From NCBI GenBank assembly GCA_038214375.1, contig JBBQRX010000007.1, positions 15,717 through 79,716 of the forward strand: a stretch of 64,000 nucleotides of DNA, written 5' to 3'. This document shows, in pieces, positions 58,737 to 64,000 of the stretch. Below the pieces are notes generated by a model that made no database searches, had not been told where the DNA came from, and was given only the letters and a program-made list of their open reading frames with translations. The position numbers and the translations under genes were made by a program. This DNA comes from Candidatus Limnocylindrales bacterium (GTDB lineage Bacteria; Chloroflexota; Limnocylindria; Limnocylindrales; CSP1-4). Each line of letters opens with the position of its first letter. The first letter of the stretch is position 1.

Positions 58737-59294
58737 CTACTGGACCACGATCGTCCCGCTCATGCCGGCTTCATAGTGACCGGGAGCGTGGCACGCGTAC
58801 GCGAAGGGACCCGTTCCCGTGAACGTGTACGTCAGGGACCTGATCTGCATCATGCCGAGATCCGCGATCTCCGGGGTCCCGGCCTTGTCGGCGGCCACAT
58901 CGGCCGCCGGTCCGACCATGAACTCGTGGACCACGGGGCCAATCGTGGTGATCTCGAAGGTGATCGTCTCGCCGGCCCCGACCGTCACGGCAGGGGGCAG
59001 GAAGCGAAGCTGCGGGGTGGCAACGATCCTCACGACTCGCGGCGTTGCCGGTGTTCCGGCCACGAAGCCGGGTTCGCCGGGCCCGGGCGCGGACGCCGTG
59101 CCATTCCACGCGCCGCCCATCATGCCGGGGGCGTTGCCGAACGCGCCCATCATCCCCGTCCCGAACCCAGCCGGCTGGGAAGAAACCCCGGTCCCGGCCG
59201 TGACGACCGAGCCGATGCCAAGAAGCGCGATCCCCGCCACTGCGAGGGCCGTGCCGAGCAGTCCGAGCCCTCGCCCGTTCACCGCGTGATTCAT
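58737..59294 (-). CDS. secreted cupredoxin (plastocyanin/azurin-like type-1 copper protein) with Gly/Met-rich linker
   Basis: Signal peptide; linker GFGTGMMGAFGNAPGMMGG; type-1 Cu ligand pattern H(EF)...YACHAPGHYEAGM. Confidence 0.8.
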   Translation of the reverse strand: MNHAVNGRGLGLLGTALAVAGIALLGIGSVVTAGTGVSSQPAGFGTGMMGAFGNAPGMMGGAWNGTASAPGPGEPGFVAGTPATPRVVRIVATPQLRFLPPAVTVGAGETITFEITTIGPVVHEFMVGPAADVAADKAGTPEIADLGMMQIRSLTYTFTGTGPFAYACHAPGHYEAGMSGTIVVQ

Positions 59295-59545
59295 CGCCCG
59301 GCCTTGAGCACGTTTGCTGCCTGCGTGTACTCGGCCTCTGTGATCTCACCGCGGGCGAAACGCGCGCGGAGGATGTCGAGAGGGTCCGTGCCGGCCGGCG
59401 ACGCCGCGATCCCGTGGTTGGCCGCTTTTGCACGCGACACCGCCCAGACCACGAGGACGACGAGGCCCACCATCAGGAGGATGCCGCCAAGCATCCAGAG
59501 CATTCCACCGAGCCCGAAGCCGAGGCCCGTGCCATATCCCATCAT
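59291..59545 (-). CDS. SHOCT domain-containing membrane protein
   Basis: N-terminal TM helix, C-terminal ...LDILRARFARGEITEAEYTQAANVL SHOCT-like motif; stop overlaps next gene. Confidence 0.7.
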   Translation of the reverse strand: MMGYGTGLGFGLGGMLWMLGGILLMVGLVVLVVWAVSRAKAANHGIAASPAGTDPLDILRARFARGEITEAEYTQAANVLKAGR

Positions 59546-59744
59546 CGTGGTTCACCGTTCTTGCGCCCCGGATCTTCCGGGGACCTGTCTCCATGATCGC
59601 GGGCGCGTCTCTGGTCAGCTGCTGGCGCGGATCAAGAAACCGTCAAGAGATCCAGGGTCCGGTCGGTCGCCCAGCTCACCTCTCGGACGTCATCCTGCGC
59701 GCATTCGCCTCCGGGTGCCGTCGAGGGAAGGCGCGCGAGGCTCA

Positions 59745-60022
59745 TCACCGCCCGAGCAATCGGGCGAGAAGGCCTCGCGGCATCTCCGTCGCCGGTTCCG
59801 ACTGGGCGGTGTCCGCGCGATAGCCGGCGGTTTCGACCGCCTGCGCCAGTGCCGCGTTCGACACCAGCGCGGGATCCCGGCGCACGGTCATGCACGCATC
59901 GCGCAGGCTCACCGCACGGACTCCACCCCGACGACCTTCTTCACGGACCTGGTGATCCGGTTCACGCAGGAGCTGCAGGTCATCCCCGACACGGGGACGC
60001 AGATCGTTTCGATCTCGCTCAC
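59745..60022 (-). pseudogene. copZ-like heavy-metal-associated (HMA) copper chaperone gene interrupted by a frameshift near 59909-59912
   Basis: Frame A: [37 protein letters not shown]-stop; frame B continues VSLRDACMTVRRDPALVSNAALAQAVETAGYRAD... Joined they give a complete HMA fold; a single missing base in the gtgcggtgagcc run would account for the frame change; GTG start overlaps ccdA-like stop (GTGA). Confidence 0.55.
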
Positions 60023-60876
60023 ATCGAGACCATCAGGCCGAAGCTCATGGCGATCACCGCCAGCGCGAGGCCGGCCTTGATCCAGGGCGAGTTCGCCCGG
60101 TTCCAGCGCGCGAGCTTGCCGAGCACGCGCCGGTTGCTGACCGACAGGAGGAGGAGCAGCAGCGGGACGATGAAGGCGATGTTGTAGAGGGCGAGAAGCG
60201 CGACGCCCGTGAGCCCGCCACCCGACGCCTGGAGGACCGTCACGATGGCGAGGTAGATCGCGCCCGAGCACGGCACGGTGCAGATCCCGACGAGCACCCC
60301 CGCGATCAGCATGCCGGCGAGGCCGCCGCGCTGCATCGCCTTGTGCATCCGGCCATGCGTTCCCGAGGGGGCCATCATCGAGGGCCCGACGCCGGGCAGG
60401 AACACATCCTTCAGCATCCACAGGGCCATGACGAGGGCCAGGATCGAGGCGCCCCGGGCGACAAGGTGGTCGCGGCCGAGCCAGCCAAGGACCGTGAAGA
60501 GGCCGAGGCCGATGATGAAGTACGTGACGAGCACCGCGCCCACGTACAGCGAGCCCGCGCCCAGGAGCCGCTGGCGCGCCTCGAGCGTCGGCGTTCCGCT
60601 GGACGTGACGGCGTTGACAAGCGTGAGCGTGTAGGTCGCGAACAGGACCAGCAGCGCGAACGCGCACGGATTGAAGCCGTCCGCGAACCCCGAGACCAGG
60701 ACGGTCGGGACGGTCAGGCCGCCGAACGCCGCCGTGTCGAAGGGGACCGCGAGCACGTATGCGAGGGCAGCGACACCGACCGTCACGATCAGGGTCGCGA
60801 GCGCGATGGCGGGCCGCGGCCAGCCCAGGAGGAGAGGCGACGCGGGAATGGGTCCCGGACTCGCCTCCTGTGTCAT
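60019..60876 (-). CDS. cytochrome c biogenesis CcdA-like / DsbD transmembrane-domain protein
   Basis: 6 TM; conserved Cys pair in TM helices (FNPCAFALL and CTVPCSGAIYL). Confidence 0.8.
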   Translation of the reverse strand: MTQEASPGPIPASPLLLGWPRPAIALATLIVTVGVAALAYVLAVPFDTAAFGGLTVPTVLVSGFADGFNPCAFALLVLFATYTLTLVNAVTSSGTPTLEARQRLLGAGSLYVGAVLVTYFIIGLGLFTVLGWLGRDHLVARGASILALVMALWMLKDVFLPGVGPSMMAPSGTHGRMHKAMQRGGLAGMLIAGVLVGICTVPCSGAIYLAIVTVLQASGGGLTGVALLALYNIAFIVPLLLLLLSVSNRRVLGKLARWNRANSPWIKAGLALAVIAMSFGLMVSM

Positions 60877-61337
60877 GCCGACGGCTCCACGACGATCTTG
60901 CCGTGCATCGTCGGGCTGCCCTTCCCGCCGCAGCAGGAGTCACACCAGACGTCGTAGGTGCCGGGCTTGTTCGGGACGTTCCAGGCCACGGCCCTCCGGC
61001 TCTCGGCCGATAGCTCCTCGCGAAGCCCAAGGTCAGGGGCGATCATCGTGTGGACGCCGCCCTGGAGGTGCATCGCAGCGTCCTCGGTCCACCAGTCGAG
61101 GGTGACCGTCGTGCCGGCCGTGACCCGGATCTCGGAGGGTGTGAAGCCGGCCATCGAGCTCTGGACGCTGATCGTCCCGGCGGTGGCCGCGGGCCGGGTG
61201 AGGAAGTCGCCGAACGCGAGGTAGACCCCGGCGCCGAGCACCGCAACGACGACTCCAATGAAAAGGAGCGGCCGGAGTCGTTGGCTGGTCGTGGGCTGCG
61301 GCGCCTGAGCGGCGCGGCGAACGGTGTGGGTCGTCAC
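60873..61337 (-). CDS. membrane-anchored cupredoxin-like protein
   Basis: One TM anchor then beta-rich domain with H...CDSCCGGKGSPTMHG ligand-like cluster; GTG start; stop overlaps ccdA-like ATG (ATGA). Confidence 0.6.
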   Translation of the reverse strand: MTTHTVRRAAQAPQPTTSQRLRPLLFIGVVVAVLGAGVYLAFGDFLTRPAATAGTISVQSSMAGFTPSEIRVTAGTTVTLDWWTEDAAMHLQGGVHTMIAPDLGLREELSAESRRAVAWNVPNKPGTYDVWCDSCCGGKGSPTMHGKIVVEPSA

Positions 61338-61618
61338 GACCCTGCCGTCCCGGACATCATGCTGCTCATCCCCTCGACCATCATCCCGTTCGGGCCGAAC
61401 ATCCCGGCAAGAGAGCCGTGCATCGCGACGCAGTCGGTCACGTGTGCGCCGACGTTCGGGCCCATCGCCCGCATGCTGGCCAGGTGCGCCAGCCATGCCT
61501 GCACGTCGACCGGCGGTGTCGCCGAACCCGGGTCAGCGGCAACGACCGCGCGCGGCAGGGCGAGAGCGCTCGCGAGGGCGGCGGTCGCCACGAGGCGCAT
61601 GAGGGTGCGGATCGTCAT
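61334..61618 (-). CDS. small secreted Met-rich protein (candidate Cu(I)-binding, MxxM/MM motifs)
   Basis: GGAGGA RBS 7 nt before ATG; signal peptide (LVATAALASALALP); C-terminus MHGSLAGMFGPNGMMVEGMSSMMSG. Confidence 0.55.
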   Translation of the reverse strand: MTIRTLMRLVATAALASALALPRAVVAADPGSATPPVDVQAWLAHLASMRAMGPNVGAHVTDCVAMHGSLAGMFGPNGMMVEGMSSMMSGTAGS

Positions 61619-61638
61619 CAGGGTTCCTCCGTGTGTCG

Positions 61639-61846
61639 TCAGGACTCGAGCAGGCGCCGGGCCCGCTCGAATTCGTCCGGGGTGATCTCTCCGCGCGCCA
61701 GGCGTGCCCGCAGCGTCGTCGCCGCGTCGTCGAGCTGGGAGCGGTGGGGCTCGCGCACGAGGAGCCAGACCAGCCCGATGACCACCAGGGCCCATGCGCC
61801 GAGCCACACCCAGCCCTCGAGGCCCATCGTCCAGCCGTTCATCATC
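61639..61846 (-). CDS. SHOCT domain-containing membrane protein (second copy)
   Basis: GAGGAG RBS; TM helix then ...LRARLARGEITPDEFERARRLL. Confidence 0.6.
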
Positions 61847-61997
61847 CGTTTCTCCTCGCGCTGCCGGCGGCCAGGCCGGGCACGCGACAAGCATCACGGA
61901 CCACCCTCAGGCCGCCATGCAGGAACGAGCAAGACCCCCTCAAGATTGGGTCAAGCACGGGACCGGGAGCCGGTCCCATCCCCTGTCGAGTGGCCGG

Positions 61998-62441
61998 TCA
62001 GCCCGTGGGAGGCGCGACCTCGTGCTTCGCCCACGCGAAGAGCGCGTCGTAGACCGGCAGCTCGAGCTCGAGCTGGCGCTGATCGTCGATCCCGAGGAGC
62101 GCGAAGCCGTCGGCGATGGCCAGCAGGCCGCGCGACTGCGGCGTGGCGTCGGGGTCCTCGGCCACGTCGGCCCCGTGAACGACTCGGGCCAGGAGCGCCA
62201 GCGCCGGATCGGCGCCGAGCCCGAAGTCCTCGACGAGGACCTCGAACGAGCACAGGCCGTCACGATGGGTGTAGCGGGCACCCCTGGCGTCGAAGCTTGT
62301 TGCGCCCTCCCGCTCGGCGAACGCGAGCACCTGGTCGGCCGGCACGAATACGATCTCCGCATCGGGGTCGATGAACGTGCGGATCAGCCATGGGCATGCG
62401 ATCCGGTCCGTCCGGGGGTGTTCCCGGGTTACCCACTTCAT
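61998..62441 (-). CDS. chromate-resistance-domain (ChrB C-terminal-like, PF09828-type) protein
   Basis: MKWVTREHPRTDRIACPWLIRTFIDPDAEIVFVP matches the conserved N-terminus of this family (from memory). Confidence 0.65.
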   Translation of the reverse strand: MKWVTREHPRTDRIACPWLIRTFIDPDAEIVFVPADQVLAFAEREGATSFDARGARYTHRDGLCSFEVLVEDFGLGADPALALLARVVHGADVAEDPDATPQSRGLLAIADGFALLGIDDQRQLELELPVYDALFAWAKHEVAPPTG

Positions 62442-62488
62442 CGCTCTGCTCCTCCTTCGCCTGGATGCTCCGGCGCGCCCGGCCGTCG

Positions 62489-63577
62489 TCAGGTCGCCGG
62501 GAGCTCAAGCAGGAACGTGGCGCCCTTGCCGGGGCCTGCGCTCTCGGCCCACGCGCGTCCCCCCATCGCCTCGGCAAGCGCCCGCACGATCGCGAGGCCG
62601 ATGCCGGATCCACCGCCGGCGCGACTGCGCGCCGGGTCGACACGGTAGAAACGTTCGAAGACCGCCTCCAGCTGGTCGGCCGGGAGCCCGGGACCCCGAT
62701 CGGTCACCTCGATGCAGACGGCCGCCTCGCCTGACGTCGCGTCGACCGTGATCTCCGACCCGGCGGGCGCGTGCCGGATCCCATTGGAGAGATAGTTCCC
62801 CAGGACCTGGGCAACGCGGTCGCGATCGGCGCGCGCCGCCGCCGAGCCAGGGCTGACCGTGATCGTGATCCCGCGGGCCGCGGCCATCGGGCCGAACCGA
62901 TCCACGACCTCGCGAGCCACGTCCAGGAGATCGACGGCGTCGAGACGGAGGGGAAGCTGGTGCGCCTCGGCGCGCCAGAGGTCGGACAGGTCGTTGACGA
63001 GCCGGGTGAGGCGCCCGGTCTCGGAGCGGAGGAGCTGCCACGTCGCAGCGGACGGCTCGATGACGCCGTCCTCGAGGCCTTCGAGGTAGCCGTCGAGGGT
63101 GGTCAGTGGCGTCCGCAGCTCGTGCGCCACGTCGCCGACGAGCTGGAGGCGCCTCCGCTCGGTCGCTTCGAGAGAGCCGGCCATCTCGTTGAACGACAGC
63201 GCCAGGTCGCCGAGCTCGCCCGGCTCATCGGCGGGCACACGCTCCGCGTAATGACCCCGGGAGATCCGGCGCGCAGCGCCGACAAGCGTGGTCATCGGTC
63301 GGGCGATCCTGGCCGCGACGGCGAGGCTCACGACCGTCGCCGTGACCACCGCGATGATCGTCGCCGCGGCGAGCGCCTGGCGCATGGCCTCGGTGAACGC
63401 CGCCTGCGTCGCCTGGGCCATCGCGGTGCCCAGCTGGTCGCCCGGCGCGTGGCCCATCGCCTCGGCGAAGTAGCCCGGCCCGACCAGCAGGACCGCGACC
63501 GCGATGGTTCCAATCGCAGCCGCGACCACGATGAGGAATGCCACGAGCATCCGGGCCCGGAGGGATCGGGCCAGCAT
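62489..63577 (-). CDS. sensor histidine kinase (HAMP, HisKA, HATPase_c)
   Basis: Two TM, HAMP, H-box VAHELRTPLTTL, N/G boxes (LSNGIRHAP..., DRGPGLP, GGSGIGLAIV). Confidence 0.9.
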   Translation of the reverse strand: MLARSLRARMLVAFLIVVAAAIGTIAVAVLLVGPGYFAEAMGHAPGDQLGTAMAQATQAAFTEAMRQALAAATIIAVVTATVVSLAVAARIARPMTTLVGAARRISRGHYAERVPADEPGELGDLALSFNEMAGSLEATERRRLQLVGDVAHELRTPLTTLDGYLEGLEDGVIEPSAATWQLLRSETGRLTRLVNDLSDLWRAEAHQLPLRLDAVDLLDVAREVVDRFGPMAAARGITITVSPGSAAARADRDRVAQVLGNYLSNGIRHAPAGSEITVDATSGEAAVCIEVTDRGPGLPADQLEAVFERFYRVDPARSRAGGGSGIGLAIVRALAEAMGGRAWAESAGPGKGATFLLELPAT

Positions 63578-64000
63578 CAGCCCGGTTCTCGCAGGCGGTA
63601 TCCGACGCCCCGAAGCGTCTCGATGAACCGCGGCTCCGCAGCGTCGTCGCCGAGCTTGCGCCGGAGGTTCGCGACGTGGACGTCCACGAGGTGATCATCC
63701 GCGACGAACTCGGGGCCCCACACGCGATCGAGGAGCGCCTGGCGGCGGATGACGACCCCCGGATCGCGGGCGAGGACGGCGAGGAGGTCGAACTCGAGGG
63801 CGGTGAGCTCGACGGCGATGCCGTCGACGCGGACGGCTCGGCGCCCTTCGTCGATGTCCAGGCCGGCAGGCATGGCCGGGACGGCGGACGGTCCACCACG
63901 TGGCCGGCGCAGGAGCGCCTTGACGCGGGCGACAAGCTCCCGGGGCGAGAATGGCTTCACGAGGTAGTCGTCCGCGCCGACGGTCAGGCCCACGATCCGG
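63577..64000 (-). CDS. OmpR-family response regulator (3' part; 5' end beyond window)
   Basis: Receiver C-terminus plus winged-helix (GADDYLVKPFSPRELVARVKALLRR ... RGVGYRL); stop overlaps kinase ATG (ATGA). Confidence 0.85.
   Translation of the reverse strand, partial: RIVGLTVGADDYLVKPFSPRELVARVKALLRRPRGGPSAVPAMPAGLDIDEGRRAVRVDGIAVELTALEFDLLAVLARDPGVVIRRQALLDRVWGPEFVADDHLVDVHVANLRRKLGDDAAEPRFIETLRGVGYRLREPG

Noticed and set aside
59909-61030. 373-aa minus-strand ORF overlapping the ccdA-like gene
   Set aside because: Only its last about 37 codons (HMA motif GMTCSSC) are meaningful and were assigned to the frameshifted copZ-like pseudogene; the rest is an alternate frame of ccdA
52144-64000. 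Integrative element (integrase/transposase) associated with the tRNA-flanked copper island
   Set aside because: No integrase, transposase, or recombinase-like ORF was found in the window, and no copy of the tRNA 3' end was seen downstream; island status therefore rests only on position and gene content

Overview
This 64 kb window has very high GC (about 70-72%) and is densely packed with genes. The chromosome looks actinobacterial or Chloroflexi-like, judged from an F420-type luciferase-like monooxygenase, a Thermus-type isocitrate dehydrogenase and GTGA/ATGA coupled gene starts. No rRNA, CRISPR array, transposase or integrase was seen. I support about 70 CDS, one tRNA, several intergenic tandem repeats and a few hairpins. 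Because GC is so high, the six-frame track contains many long spurious antisense ORFs. I called genes from recognisable domain motifs, RBS placement and stop/start overlaps, not from ORF length.

Gene content from left to right:

- 1-13089, plus strand: a co-directional 11-gene metabolic cluster. It holds a split Tm-1-like pair (UPF0261 plus PEP-hydrolase-like TIM barrel), a phenylphosphate-synthase-A-like PEP-utilizing enzyme, a GntR regulator and an HprK-like P-loop protein. It also holds a three-subunit xanthine-dehydrogenase-family molybdoenzyme, a cyclase-family hydrolase, a Zn alcohol dehydrogenase and a PPDK-like dikinase. The dikinase lacks the catalytic TIM barrel and carries a novel C-terminal domain. 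This cluster is my best candidate for an undescribed system: a molybdenum hydroxylase coupled to ATP/phosphohistidine-driven chemistry.
- 13.1-52.1 kb: mostly housekeeping and accessory genes. These include an MBL hydrolase, an SDR, cinA, terC, purK-[DUF]-[icd]-purE, a NUDIX hydrolase, a second ADH, an alpha/beta hydrolase and a crotonase. Further along are a macro-domain protein, a thiolase, uppS, an IscA/ErpA-type protein, a VapBC toxin-antitoxin pair, a YgiD-like dioxygenase, cysK, a sulfite-oxidase-like molybdoenzyme, a GT2 glycosyltransferase, an MprF-like flippase and a glycine-betaine-type ABC transporter operon headed by an LLM oxidoreductase. The stretch ends with a GNAT, an ATP-dependent DNA ligase, a rhodanese divergent from a class-V aminotransferase, and the modE-like regulator with modA and modB.
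- 52144-52219: one tRNA whose manual fold gives the rare anticodon UAU (Ile/AUA).
- 52.3-64 kb, minus strand: a roughly 12 kb copper-homeostasis island immediately downstream of that tRNA. It holds CopA (CPC motif), a CopB-like ATPase (CPH motif, His-rich N-terminus), an HMA-permease-cupredoxin-like fusion, two SHOCT-plus-cupredoxin modules, a CcdA-like protein, a frameshifted CopZ-like gene, a Met-rich secreted peptide, a ChrB-domain protein and a histidine kinase with its response regulator.

Imperfect tandem repeats lie at 15051-15215, 27424-27491, 43366-43420 and 46849-46905.
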